A stretch of 64,000 nt of DNA. Source: an uncultured bacterium (GTDB lineage: Bacteria > Acidobacteriota > Thermoanaerobaculia > Multivoradales > JAHZIX01). Position 1 is the stretch's first letter. The number at the start of each line of letters is the position of its first letter. The stretch covers positions 160,001 through 224,000 of the forward strand of contig CBDUPA010000004.1 of the NCBI GenBank assembly GCA_965368975.1, written 5' to 3'. The notes under the pieces were generated by a model, which saw nothing but the letters and a program-made list of their open reading frames with translations, made no database searches and was not told where the DNA came from. This document shows positions 40,744 to 50,683 of this stretch, piece by piece. The translations under genes were made by a program, and so were the position numbers.

Positions 40744-43248
40744 ATGCTGTCGCAACGCCATATCTTCGCCTGGGTGCTCTTGGGACTGGCCGCGCTGGGC
40801 CTGATTGCGGCCGCCTTGCCCGCGACGTATCCGCTGGTGCCCGAGGACTGGCAGATCTCGCGCCGAGAAGCGACGCAGGTCGCCCTCGAGCATCTACGGC
40901 AGCTGGGTGAGCTACCCGAGCGGCCCTACGTGGTGACGCGGCTGGTGAGCGACACGGCGCTGGAACTGGAACTCCTGGAGCTGCGCCAGAGGCTGCCTCC
41001 AGAGGTCGCCCAGGGGATCGCCGGCACCTTCCTGGGGCGTCAGCTTCTGATCTGGGAAGTCCTGGTCTATCCACCCGCGGCGGCACACGACGAGTGGCAG
41101 TACCAGGCTCGCATCACGCCGGACGGCGAGATCCGGGCGCTGCGCCGCCAGGGGGACGACGCAGAGAGCGGTGAGGCGCAGGCTGAAGGCGCCTCCACGC
41201 GAGGCGCAACGCGGGCTGCTGCACGCGGCCTCAGTCCGCTGGCACCCTCAGCGGTTCCGCCGCCGCTCAGTTCGTCCCAGGTACAGACCCTGGCGGCTGC
41301 CTTGGTCGAGCGTCAGGGCTACGACTTGGCGCGGCTCGGAGAGTCGGCGGTGCGCGTGCAGCAGTTCTATGACCATACCGACGTCACCGTGACCTACACG
41401 CTGCCGTCTCCCGAGCAGGTCGGGGAGGGGTACCCGGCGCACGGCCTCACCGTTTCCTTCACCGGCGAGCGCCTCAACGGGTTTCACAGCTGGTTCGAGA
41501 TCAGCGACGCCTCGCGCACGCAAAGCCTGCTGCGCAGTTCCGGCCTGCTGGTCAACGGCCGCTGGCTCTCGGGATTGCTACTGGTACCGTTGGTCGGCAT
41601 CTTCTTTGTTCGGCGCTACCACGCGGGGGAGGTGGGCGTCCGCACCGGCGTCCAGCTGATGTCGATGGCGCTGCTCAGCAGCCTGGTCTTGCTCGTCTTC
41701 ATCTCGCGGCCGGCGTCGCAGGACTTTCCGTTCGACCTGTTCAGTCGGCCGCAGAGTACCTGGGTGTGGGGTACGCAGATGCTCACCACCTTCTTCTTTC
41801 CGCTGGCCGTGCTGTGCTTCCTCGGCTGGTCGGTGGGGGAGGCAGTCTGCCGTGAACGTTGGGGGGGCAAGCTCGCTGCCTTCGACGCCGTACTGCATGG
41901 AAAGTGGCGCAACGCCACCGTCGCGCGCTCGGTGCTGCGAGGTTCCGTGCTCGGCGTCACCGCGACGGCTCTGCTGATGCTCTTGGTTGCAGTGGCTCCG
42001 CAAGGCACGTGGGCACCCCTGACACAGCAGATCATGTGGTTCCACCAGGCGCAGTGGGTGGGCATTTCGCTGCTTGCCTCCGAGTTCGTCATGGCGCTCT
42101 ACATCGTGCTGTTCGGGCAACTGCTCGTTGTCTCGTCGGTCGCTCGGCGCTATGGCAAGCTGGCGGCAGTGGTGGCCTCGGCGGTGCTCTACGCGGTGAT
42201 CTTCTTTCCACCGCTGGCTGTGGTGCCGGTGGTACCGGCGCTACTGCTGGGCGCGCTCATCGGTGCCGCTCTGGCCGGCATCTTCCTGCGCTACGACCTG
42301 CTGACCACCTTGCTGACGCTACTGACGACGCAGCTGATCTTCATCGTCTGCCCCTTCCTCGGCGCTAGTGATTCTTGGCTGCAGTTGCAGAGCACGTTGC
42401 CGCTGGCGCTGTTGGCACTGCCGCTGCTGCTCACCGCGCGCTACTTGCGCAGCTGCGACGAGTTCATCTACCGCTACGACGACGTTCCGCCGCACGTGCG
42501 CCGCATCGCCGAGCGCGAGCGCCAGCGCGTCGAGTTGGAGACCGCGCGCGGCATCCAGAGCTCGATCCTGCCCGACCTGCCACCCCAGTTGGCCGGCGTC
42601 GAGCTGGCGCACGCCTACCAGCCGGCGACCGAGGTGGGCGGCGATTTCTACGACGTGTTGGCATTGGAGGACGGCCGGCTGGCAGTGGCGGTCGGGGACG
42701 TCGCGGGTCACGGGGTGTCGTCGGGCCTGATCATGAGCGTCGCCAAGTCAGCGCTGGCCGTGCAGGTGACGTTCGACCCGGAGGTCGAAGCGGTGCTCTG
42801 CACGCTCAACCGGATGGTCTACCAGAGCGCCCGCCGCCGTTTGCTCACTACCCTGTGCTACGGCATTCTCGACCCTGAACGGCGCGAGCTGATGTTCGCC
42901 AGTGCTGGCCACCACTTCCCGTACCGGGTCGGCAACGACGGTCAGGTCGAGAGCCTGGAGTCCATCGCCTACCCGCTTGGCGTCCGACCGCAAGTCCGGC
43001 CACAGGTGCGCAAGCTGAGTCTCGACGCCGGGGACAACCTGGTGCTGTTCAGCGACGGTATCGTCGAGGCGCGTGCCGAGGGTAGCGACGAGCTGTTCGG
43101 GTTCGAGCGTCTGGAGGGCACCCTGGCCGAAGCCGCCGGCAGCGGTGCTGCCGCCGTACGGGATTCGGTGCTGCACGCGGTCAACGAGTTCATCGGCTAT
43201 GCTCCGCAGGAGGACGATCGCACCGTCCTGGTACTGCGTTTGCCGTGA
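40744..43248 (+). CDS. Membrane-bound PP2C/SpoIIE-family Ser/Thr phosphatase with large sensor region
   Basis: ELETARGIQ, GGDFYD, GDVAGHG, SAGH, FSDG, QEDDRT; N-terminal TM, extracytoplasmic domain and about 9-10 further TMs. Confidence 0.88.
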   Translation: MLSQRHIFAWVLLGLAALGLIAAALPATYPLVPEDWQISRREATQVALEHLRQLGELPERPYVVTRLVSDTALELELLELRQRLPPEVAQGIAGTFLGRQLLIWEVLVYPPAAAHDEWQYQARITPDGEIRALRRQGDDAESGEAQAEGASTRGATRAAARGLSPLAPSAVPPPLSSSQVQTLAAALVERQGYDLARLGESAVRVQQFYDHTDVTVTYTLPSPEQVGEGYPAHGLTVSFTGERLNGFHSWFEISDASRTQSLLRSSGLLVNGRWLSGLLLVPLVGIFFVRRYHAGEVGVRTGVQLMSMALLSSLVLLVFISRPASQDFPFDLFSRPQSTWVWGTQMLTTFFFPLAVLCFLGWSVGEAVCRERWGGKLAAFDAVLHGKWRNATVARSVLRGSVLGVTATALLMLLVAVAPQGTWAPLTQQIMWFHQAQWVGISLLASEFVMALYIVLFGQLLVVSSVARRYGKLAAVVASAVLYAVIFFPPLAVVPVVPALLLGALIGAALAGIFLRYDLLTTLLTLLTTQLIFIVCPFLGASDSWLQLQSTLPLALLALPLLLTARYLRSCDEFIYRYDDVPPHVRRIAERERQRVELETARGIQSSILPDLPPQLAGVELAHAYQPATEVGGDFYDVLALEDGRLAVAVGDVAGHGVSSGLIMSVAKSALAVQVTFDPEVEAVLCTLNRMVYQSARRRLLTTLCYGILDPERRELMFASAGHHFPYRVGNDGQVESLESIAYPLGVRPQVRPQVRKLSLDAGDNLVLFSDGIVEARAEGSDELFGFERLEGTLAEAAGSGAAAVRDSVLHAVNEFIGYAPQEDDRTVLVLRLP

Positions 43249-43446
43249 GTGTTTGCCTGAGTCCAGAGCCCCCGCGCAGCTCCCGGCGCTGTGGTAAGAT
43301 CTCAACGTTCGTGGCCTACCCACGGACCCCCGCACCCCTCGCAGATCCAAGCTCTCGTGACGAGACGATCCGTCCTGAACGGGGCACTCGTCCGAAGCTA
43401 TTCCCTCGAAAAGCTCGAGTCCGAAGAAGAACTCCAGGAGGATTCC

Positions 43447-44616
43447 GTGAAGATCCACGAATATCAGGCGAAGGAAATCCTGCGCCGTTTCGGGGTCGCG
43501 ACGCCGCAAGGCTCGGTGACTGACGATCCCGCCGCAGCTCGCAAGCTGTGTGAAGACTTGGGCGGCAAGTGTGTCGTCAAAGCCCAGATCCATGCTGGTG
43601 GCCGTGGCAAAGGCGGCGGTGTCAAGCTGGCCAACTCGCCCGCCGAGGCCGAGACCGTTGCCGGCCAGATCCTGGGCATGCAGCTGGTGACGCCGCAGAC
43701 CGGTCCCGAGGGGCAGAACGTGCGCACGGTGCTGGTCGAAGAGCAGCAGAACATTGCGCAGGAACTCTACCTGGCCGTGCTGCTCGACCGGCAGATCGCC
43801 AAGCCGATCGTCATGGCCTCGACCGCTGGCGGCATGGACATCGAAGAAGTCGCCCACGAGAACCCGGAAGCCATCGTCCGCCAAGCTTTCGATCCGCACC
43901 GGGGCCTGCAGGGCTACGAGGCGCGCGCGGTGGTCCGCAAGCTCGGCTTGAGCGGCAAGACAGCGCGTCAGGCGGCGACCTTGATCACTCAGCTGACCCA
44001 CGCCTACCTCGAGACCGATGCCTCCCTGGCCGAGATCAACCCGCTGATGATCAACGCCGATGGCGATGTCCTGGCGCTCGACGCCAAGATGAACTTCGAC
44101 GACAACGCGCTCTACCGTCACAAGGACATCCTCGAGCTACGCGACGTACACGAAGAAGACCCGGCGGAGGTCGAAGCCGGCAAGTACGGCCTCAGCTACA
44201 TCAACCTGGACGGCACCATCGGTTGCATGGTCAACGGTGCTGGCCTGGCGATGGCCACCATGGACATCATCAAGCTCAAGGGCGGTGAGCCCGCCAACTT
44301 CCTCGACGTCGGCGGCTCGGCGAGCCAGGAGGCGGTGCAGAACGCCTTTCGCATCATCGTCTCGGACCCGAACGTCAAGGCGGTGCTGATCAACATCTTC
44401 GGCGGCATTGCGCGTACCGACCGCATCGCCCGCGGCGTCGCCACCGCGATCGAGGAGCTGGGCAACGTCACCATCCCGGTGGTTGTGCGCCTGGAAGGCA
44501 CCAACGTCGAGCAAGGACGCCAGGTTCTGCGCGAGTCCGCCTTCGACTTCATTGTTGCCGAGGATATGGCGGATGCCGCCGAGAAGGCCGTCGCGGCCAC
44601 GAAAGGAGAGGGCTGA
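43447..44616 (+). CDS. sucC: Succinyl-CoA synthetase beta subunit
   Basis: [50 protein letters not shown]; AGGAGG SD. Confidence 0.97.
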   Translation: MKIHEYQAKEILRRFGVATPQGSVTDDPAAARKLCEDLGGKCVVKAQIHAGGRGKGGGVKLANSPAEAETVAGQILGMQLVTPQTGPEGQNVRTVLVEEQQNIAQELYLAVLLDRQIAKPIVMASTAGGMDIEEVAHENPEAIVRQAFDPHRGLQGYEARAVVRKLGLSGKTARQAATLITQLTHAYLETDASLAEINPLMINADGDVLALDAKMNFDDNALYRHKDILELRDVHEEDPAEVEAGKYGLSYINLDGTIGCMVNGAGLAMATMDIIKLKGGEPANFLDVGGSASQEAVQNAFRIIVSDPNVKAVLINIFGGIARTDRIARGVATAIEELGNVTIPVVVRLEGTNVEQGRQVLRESAFDFIVAEDMADAAEKAVAATKGEG

Positions 44617-45491
44617 TGTCGATCTGGGTCAACAACGACACGCGTCTGCTAGTGCAGGGCATCACCGGCAAGGAAGGTGAGTTCCACGCCAAGGGCTGCC
44701 GTGACTACGGCACCCAGGTGGTGGCTGGCGTCACCCCCGGCAAAGGTGGCCAGGAAGTCGACGGCATTCCGGTCTTCGATTCGGTCGCTGAAGCGCGCGA
44801 GGCGACCGGTTGCAATGCCTCGATGATCTTCGTGCCCCCGCCGTTCGCTGCCGACGCCATCATGGAAGCGATCGACGCCGGCATCGAGCTGATCAACTGC
44901 ATCACCGAAGGCATCCCGGTCAACGACATGTTCACCGTCCGGGCCCTGCTCGCCGAGCATCCCGAATGCCGCCTGATCGGCCCCAACTGCCCGGGCGTGA
45001 TCACGCCGGGTCAAGCCAAGATCGGCATCATGCCGGGGCACATCCACCAGCCCGGCAGCATCGGCGTGATCAGCCGCTCCGGTACCCTCACCTACGAGAC
45101 GGTGTGGCAGCTGAGCAACCTGAACATGGGCCAGTCGACCTGTGTCGGGATCGGTGGCGACCCGATGAACGGCACCAACTTCGTCGACACCCTGGCCGCG
45201 TTCGCTGAAGACGCGGAGACCGAGGCCGTGGTTGTCATCGGTGAGATCGGCGGCAGCGCCGAAGAAGAAGCCGCGGCCTGGATCAAGGACAACTACGACC
45301 GTCCGGTCGTTGGCTTCATCGCCGGTCGCACCGCTCCGCCGGGACGCCGCATGGGCCACGCCGGTGCCATCGTCTCTGGCGGTACTGGTACCGCCGAGGC
45401 CAAGATGGAAGCCATGCGCGACGCCGGTATCCACGTCTGTGAGTCACCGGCCGATATCGGTGCCACCATGGCCAAGGCCCTGGGCCGCTGA
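44616..45491 (+). CDS. sucD: Succinyl-CoA synthetase alpha subunit
   Basis: [39 protein letters not shown]. Confidence 0.97.
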   Translation: MSIWVNNDTRLLVQGITGKEGEFHAKGCRDYGTQVVAGVTPGKGGQEVDGIPVFDSVAEAREATGCNASMIFVPPPFAADAIMEAIDAGIELINCITEGIPVNDMFTVRALLAEHPECRLIGPNCPGVITPGQAKIGIMPGHIHQPGSIGVISRSGTLTYETVWQLSNLNMGQSTCVGIGGDPMNGTNFVDTLAAFAEDAETEAVVVIGEIGGSAEEEAAAWIKDNYDRPVVGFIAGRTAPPGRRMGHAGAIVSGGTGTAEAKMEAMRDAGIHVCESPADIGATMAKALGR

Positions 45492-45499
45492 CGCCTCCA

Positions 45500-46339
45500 G
45501 TGCATTCAGTACGACCTCAGCGTATCGCTGCCGGCGCGGGCTGGCTGGCTCTGATCGGCGGTGGGGAGTTCAGTTTCGGCGAGACGGAAGCGGCGGATGC
45601 CGCCTGGATCGCCAAGCTGGACTCCGTACCCGTACCGAAGGGAGCGTCGGTCGCGCCGGTGGCAGCCGATGTCGCAGACGGGCCCGAGGCAGTCGAGGAG
45701 CCGCAGGAGTCGATCCCAGACGAGCTGCGCGACGAGCAGCAAGCCGAACAGCGCGAGTTGCGGCCGGTCGGCTTCCTGCCCACGGCCAGTGGCTCGCAAG
45801 ACTATGCGGATCACTTCCAGGTCTACCTGGACGAGTACTTCGAGCGATCGCTGGAACTGATTCCTGTGTACCGCAGCCGCGACGCTCGTCGTGGCCGCAA
45901 CGCCGACCGGGTGCGTGACGAGATGGCGGCGGTCTACTTGGGCGGTGGCCTTCCGGAGCAACTCCTCGACGTCCTGCGCGACTCTCCGGTCGAGGCGGCG
46001 CTGCGTGAGCGCCTGGAGCAAGGCGGTATCGTCGCTGCCATCGCCACGGCGGCGCAGGCCCTCGGCACCTGGACGCGCGGCCTGCGCGGCGGCATGCTGC
46101 CGGGCCTCGGCTGGTTGCCTGGCGGTGTCGTCGAGACCAACTTCGAGCCCGGCCACGAGCGTCGCCTGCGCCAGTTGATGGAGCGTCCCGGCGTGCGCTG
46201 GGGGCTGGCCCTGACGCCCGGTAGCGCCGTGCTGCTCGGCCCAGGCGACGGCGACGACCCAGCCGTCGAAGTGGTCGGTACCGTCTACGGGCTGGACGCC
46301 GCGGACGGCCAACTGCAGAAGCTGGGCTGCACGAGCTGA
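45500..46339 (+). CDS. Peptidase S51 / cyanophycinase-like protein, apparently catalytically inactive
   Basis: LALIGGGE, FLPTAS, VYLGGG; nucleophile elbow reads AIATAA instead of GTSAGA. Confidence 0.7.
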   Translation: MHSVRPQRIAAGAGWLALIGGGEFSFGETEAADAAWIAKLDSVPVPKGASVAPVAADVADGPEAVEEPQESIPDELRDEQQAEQRELRPVGFLPTASGSQDYADHFQVYLDEYFERSLELIPVYRSRDARRGRNADRVRDEMAAVYLGGGLPEQLLDVLRDSPVEAALRERLEQGGIVAAIATAAQALGTWTRGLRGGMLPGLGWLPGGVVETNFEPGHERRLRQLMERPGVRWGLALTPGSAVLLGPGDGDDPAVEVVGTVYGLDAADGQLQKLGCTS

Positions 46340-46443
46340 GCTGAAATTCCCGCGCGAGCAGCTGCGCCTGCGCGCTTTCCCACTTTCCCGACAACCCTAC
46401 AAGCAACTCTCGACGTGACCGTCGAACCTCGGAGGATACGAGT

Positions 46444-46866
46444 ATGTCGATGACCCTGGCGATTCTGAAGCCCGATAGTGTAGCCGCTGGCAATGCCGGC
46501 AAGATGCTGGCCCGCCTCGAAGCCGAAGGCTTCACCCTGCGTGGTCTAAAGGTCCTGCACCTGAGCGAGGACCAGGCCAAGGCCTTCTACGAAGTGCACG
46601 CGGAGCGTCCCTTCTACGGTGAGCTGGTGAACTTCATGACCAGCGGTCCCGTGGTGCCCGTGGCCCTGGAGCGCGACGACGCTGTGCCGTATCTGCGTCA
46701 GGTGATGGGCGCCACCGACTCCACCAAGGCCGAGGCTGGTACGCTGCGCGCTGAGTTCGGTACCGACATCGAGCGCAACGCCGTGCACGGTAGTGACTCG
46801 GACGAGAACGCCGCCAAGGAGCTGGCGTTCTTCTTCTCGCGTGCCGAGCTGATCAACGCGCGCTGA
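46444..46866 (+). CDS. ndk: Nucleoside diphosphate kinase
   Basis: TLAILKPD, FYEVHAERPF, SGPV, GTLR, NAVHGSDS. Confidence 0.97.
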   Translation: MSMTLAILKPDSVAAGNAGKMLARLEAEGFTLRGLKVLHLSEDQAKAFYEVHAERPFYGELVNFMTSGPVVPVALERDDAVPYLRQVMGATDSTKAEAGTLRAEFGTDIERNAVHGSDSDENAAKELAFFFSRAELINAR

Positions 46867-46904
46867 TCTCTACGCTACACGATCTGCTACTGCAAGATGC
46901 AGGT

Positions 46905-46941
46905 ACGGGCTGTCGTCGACTTTGGGTTGACGACAGCCCGT
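46905..46941. terminator. Likely bidirectional intrinsic terminator
   Basis: ACGGGCTGTCGTCGAC-tttgg-GTTGACGACAGCCCGT, between convergent genes. Confidence 0.75.
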
Positions 46942-46970
46942 TGCAGTTTGTGCATCCGCTCAGAGGTCGC

Positions 46971-48077
46971 TCAGGGACGGCTCGATTCTGCCTCGGCGGG
47001 CGTTGCCGGAGCCTCGATTGGTTCTATGGACTCAGGGGCCGGCGTTTCGGGGTCTTCCTCCCGCTGGCGCTGAATGCGCAGCTCACCGATGCTCGACGTG
47101 AGACGCAGTGTCAGCGTGGGTGCTCCCTCGGCTGGCATGGTGTCCTGGTTCAAACCAGGGAACCGGCTTTCGCCGATCGTGAGACCGGCCTTCTCGACCT
47201 CGACGAAGACGGTCGATGGCACGATCATCCGGCAGTCGCCGACGCTGCAGTCCATGCTCACTTCCGCGTCCTGCTGCCAGGCGCCGGTGAGGTCCAGGCG
47301 CGCCTCGCCCACCGAATGGTCCATTCGCACCGTTGTCGGACTGGCGTTGCCGGCGTGCAGCACTTGCAGTTGACCGACAGAAGCATCGACGTGCAGGAAG
47401 TCGATGGGCCTGGTCGTCGGTTCCGAGAACAGCATCTTGTGCTCGCCGACTCCGACTTCTACGTCCACCGAGGTCAGCCACAGTCCACCCAACTCCATGT
47501 GGCTCTCACCCGTACCCATGCTACCGGTCAGCGCGAACGGTCGACCGCGCGGCACGATCAGGCGCACCCGCTCGTTGCTCAGGTTGCTGCCGCCCATGCG
47601 TCGTAGCCAGCCGAGCTTGTCGCGGAAGCGCAGGCGGTAGTTCCAGGTTCCGTCGGCTTGCGGTGTGTACTCCTCCTCGAGTTCGAAGCTGGCGGTGTCG
47701 AAGTCGGCTTCCACGCGCAGTTCGCTGCCGGGTGGTCCCGGCTCGATGCTGAGTCTGCATAGCTCGACGTCCAGCTCGATCGTCCCCGCTGGCGGGGTCG
47801 CCGAAGCTACCTGTAGCGAGTCGGGCATCAGCGGTCTTTCACCGGCATCCAACGCGACACCTTCCGGCGACGTACCAGCCTCGTCGCTAGCGGGAGCTGA
47901 TGGAGACGTGGAAAGAGCGGGCAGTTCCGTGCTCAGGCGCTCCGAGCCCGGACTGGCTTCCGGCCGGCCTATGGCCAGTCCGATCACCATCAGGATCAAC
48001 GGTATGCCGACCATCAGAAGGACCAAGCCGACGCAGCCGATACAGCCCGTCTTCCAGCAGCCTTTCTTTTCAGCCAT
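46971..48077 (-). CDS. Membrane-anchored hypothetical protein with repetitive beta-solenoid (LiaG/DUF4097-like) C-terminal region
   Basis: N-terminal TM; repeats GESHMEL, GEHKMLF, VGQLQV, VGEARLDL, VGDCRM, IGELRI. Confidence 0.65.
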   Translation of the reverse strand: MAEKKGCWKTGCIGCVGLVLLMVGIPLILMVIGLAIGRPEASPGSERLSTELPALSTSPSAPASDEAGTSPEGVALDAGERPLMPDSLQVASATPPAGTIELDVELCRLSIEPGPPGSELRVEADFDTASFELEEEYTPQADGTWNYRLRFRDKLGWLRRMGGSNLSNERVRLIVPRGRPFALTGSMGTGESHMELGGLWLTSVDVEVGVGEHKMLFSEPTTRPIDFLHVDASVGQLQVLHAGNASPTTVRMDHSVGEARLDLTGAWQQDAEVSMDCSVGDCRMIVPSTVFVEVEKAGLTIGESRFPGLNQDTMPAEGAPTLTLRLTSSIGELRIQRQREEDPETPAPESIEPIEAPATPAEAESSRP

Positions 48078-49179
48078 CACAACCTTCTCTCGTTTCTTCG
48101 ACTAGGGCGTCGACCACCGCTTCGAAACTCCCGGTCTGCCGGTAGACTTTCAGTTGACGGTCGGCGCTGGTGCCGTTCTCCAGAATGGTGTGAGCGTACT
48201 CGACCTCCCGGCGGCTACCGAGGTCGTCCACCACGTCGTCGATGAAGGTCAGCAGTTCACGGATCAGCTCCGGCGCGGGCTTTTGCCCCTGAACTCCGAA
48301 ATCGATCAGCTGGCCATCCAGACCGTAGCGAACCGCTCGCCACTTGTTCTCGATGATCAAGTGGTGGCGGTACCAGCGCCAGGAGCGATTGCTCTCGCGC
48401 AGCAGGATCAGCTTAGCGACAATCGCCTGGATCAGCGCCGCGATACAGATCGCTTCGTCCACCCGCGTGCACATGTCCGCCACGCGGATCTCCAGCGTCG
48501 GGAACTTCGAGTGGGGCCGGGCGTCCCACCAGATCTTGCTCGGCTCGTCGATGCAGCCGGTCTTGATCAGCGTCTCGATGAACGACGAGTACTCCGTCCA
48601 CGACGAGAACGACGGCGGAATTCCGCTGCGCGGCAGGTTCTCGAACACCACCGAGCGGTAGGACTTGAGGTGGGTGTCACGGCCCATCCAGAAGGGGGAA
48701 CTGGTCGACAGCGTCAAGATGTGCGGCAGGAAATAGCGCAGCTGATTCATCACGTCGAGCATCAGCTCTTTGTCCGCGATGCCGACGTGCACATGCATGC
48801 CGAAAATCAGCATGCGCCGCGCCAGATCCCCCATGTCCTGCTGCAGCTTGCGGTAGCGGTCCTCGACCGTCACCTCCTGGCGGCTCCAGCTGGAAAAAGG
48901 GTGCGTGCTGGCCGCGACGAAGCGCAGGCCGTTGTCCTCCGCCAGCTTGCGAATCGACCGCCGCAGCCGGATCAGCTCTTGCCGAGCCTCCTTCACATCG
49001 CGGCAGATGTGGCTGCCGACCTCGACTTGCGATTGCAGAAACTCCGGTTTGATCTGTTCCTGCAGGATGACCCGCCCCTGTTCCAGCATCTCCTGGATGA
49101 AGGAACGCAGCTCCCGGGTCTCCGGGTCGATGATCTGGTATTCCTCTTCGATACCGATGGTCAGCTCGGGCAGGGCCAT
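48070..49179 (-). CDS. ybdK: Carboxylate-amine ligase (YbdK / glutamate-cysteine ligase 2 family)
   Basis: TIGIEEEYQ, QSQVEVG, ASTHPF, FGMHVHVG, SSPFW, WWDARP, TLEIRVAD, NKWRAVRYG. Confidence 0.9.
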   Translation of the reverse strand: MALPELTIGIEEEYQIIDPETRELRSFIQEMLEQGRVILQEQIKPEFLQSQVEVGSHICRDVKEARQELIRLRRSIRKLAEDNGLRFVAASTHPFSSWSRQEVTVEDRYRKLQQDMGDLARRMLIFGMHVHVGIADKELMLDVMNQLRYFLPHILTLSTSSPFWMGRDTHLKSYRSVVFENLPRSGIPPSFSSWTEYSSFIETLIKTGCIDEPSKIWWDARPHSKFPTLEIRVADMCTRVDEAICIAALIQAIVAKLILLRESNRSWRWYRHHLIIENKWRAVRYGLDGQLIDFGVQGQKPAPELIRELLTFIDDVVDDLGSRREVEYAHTILENGTSADRQLKVYRQTGSFEAVVDALVEETREGCDG

Positions 49180-49321
49180 GGTGTTCGCTCAGCTCCTTGC
49201 AAGTGCTTCTCTGATGGGAGGGCTTCAAGAGTTCCATAAACTCTAGCACGGGCCATGGACTCGAGAGCGTGCATTCTCATTCCTACGCCGTGCGCTCCGG
49301 GTTGTTCCACTGGTGCCACAC

Positions 49322-49351
49322 TTGACAGCCAGCACGAGACTCACCTACCCT
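49322..49351 (+). promoter_or_regulatory. Putative sigma-70 promoter for the met operon
   Basis: TTGACA (49322-49327), 18-nt spacer, TACCCT (49346-49351), just upstream of the riboswitch. Confidence 0.5.
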
Positions 49352-49359
49352 CTCGGCGT

Positions 49360-49476
49360 GCTCATCGAGACCGGCTGAGGGACTGGCCCAAAGACGCCGG
49401 GGCAACCTGCAGAGCTAACCACTCTGCGAAGGTGCCAACTCCTGCGGGAACCAACGTGGTTCACCGATAGATGAGC
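49360..49476 (+). ncRNA. SAM-I (S-box) riboswitch
   Basis: P1 GCTCATC/GATGAGC; GAGGGACTGGCCC..AGAC; GGCAACC; P3 GCAGAG/CTCTGC; AAGGTGCCAACTCCTGC; upstream of metX-metB. Confidence 0.93.
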
Positions 49477-49609
49477 GACAGGGGAAGCAGCCATGAGCGA
49501 GAGGGAACCAGTCCCTTCGCATCCGTGCAGACTGTGGGTCCCTGGCCGCTTTAGTCTTGAGGTCGTCCGTAGGGTTTCCGATGAGGCGAAATCTATGGAG
49601 AAACTCAAG

Positions 49610-50683
49610 ATGAATCCCTCTCCCGCTTCGTCTCGCCGGACACGCTCCCCACTCACTGCTCCCTTCTCGCCCAACGCAGGCACGCGGATGCCGCTGGCCA
49701 GCGGTGCGCGTCAGCTCGAGCTGCCCTCGCCCTGGCGCCTGCAGTTCGGAGGCGGATTGCTGTCGGCCCAGCTGGCCTATGAGCTGACGGGTCCCGCTGA
49801 CGGTCCACTCGTCGTCGTGCTCGGCGGTATCTCATCCGGTCGCCACGTCACTTCGACCTTCTCAGACCCACGGCGTGGCTGGTGGCAGCCACTGGTGGGG
49901 CCCGACCGTGATCTCGACACCGACCGCTTCCGCGTGCTCGGCATCGACTTCCTGGGGGGCAACGGTGCCAGCACTGGTCCAGCGGACACTGAGGATGGCC
50001 AAGTGTTTCCGCCTGTCGCCACGTCCGATCAAGCCCGTGCCCTGGCTGCGCTGCTCGACGTACTCGGCGTCGAGCACGTCTACGGCTTCGTCGGCTCGTC
50101 CTACGGTGGCATGGTGGCGCTCGCCTTCGCCGCCCTCTACCCGCGCCGAATCGAGAAGTTGCTCGTGATCAGTGCCGCCGACCGTCCGCATCCGCGGGCG
50201 ACCGCCTGGCGCAGTTTGCAGCGACGCATCGTCCGGCTGGCTGCGCGTCAGGGCGACGAACATACAGGCTTGGCGCTGTCTCGTGGCCTGGCCATGACCA
50301 CCTACCGTACACCGGGCGAACTGGCGCAGCGCTTCGACGGTCGCCCTCGGCGCACCTCGAAGGGCTTTCGCTTCCCGGTCGAGGACTACCTGGAGGCCCG
50401 CGGCGACGCGTTTGCGGAAGTCTTCGACACCAGAGCCTTTCTGTGCCTCTCCGAATCGCTCGATCTACACCGAGTGCAGCCTGAACGAATCGAGGTCGAC
50501 ACCACCCTGGTTGCCGTGCGCAGCGACGAACTCGTGCCTGTCGAGCAGTTGCGCGACCTGTACGACCGCCTGCCGGGCAATCGGCGCTTGGTCGAGATCG
50601 AGTCGCTCTACGGGCACGATGCCTTCCTGAAAGAAACCGACATCATCGGCCGCTTGCTGCGCGAGAGTCTGGGAGGAGTATGA
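49610..50683 (+). CDS. metX: Homoserine O-acyltransferase, MetX family (probably the succinyltransferase type)
   Basis: GGISSGRH, GWW, GSSYGGMV, LAMTTYR, YGHDAFLKE; GGAG SD before ATG 49610 (ORF is open from 49493). Confidence 0.88.
   Translation: MNPSPASSRRTRSPLTAPFSPNAGTRMPLASGARQLELPSPWRLQFGGGLLSAQLAYELTGPADGPLVVVLGGISSGRHVTSTFSDPRRGWWQPLVGPDRDLDTDRFRVLGIDFLGGNGASTGPADTEDGQVFPPVATSDQARALAALLDVLGVEHVYGFVGSSYGGMVALAFAALYPRRIEKLLVISAADRPHPRATAWRSLQRRIVRLAARQGDEHTGLALSRGLAMTTYRTPGELAQRFDGRPRRTSKGFRFPVEDYLEARGDAFAEVFDTRAFLCLSESLDLHRVQPERIEVDTTLVAVRSDELVPVEQLRDLYDRLPGNRRLVEIESLYGHDAFLKETDIIGRLLRESLGGV

Noticed and set aside
43300-43446. sucC/sucA RNA motif in the sucC leader
   Set aside because: Only small hairpins (e.g. 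TCTCGT-g-ACGAGA); no recognisable match to the known motifs
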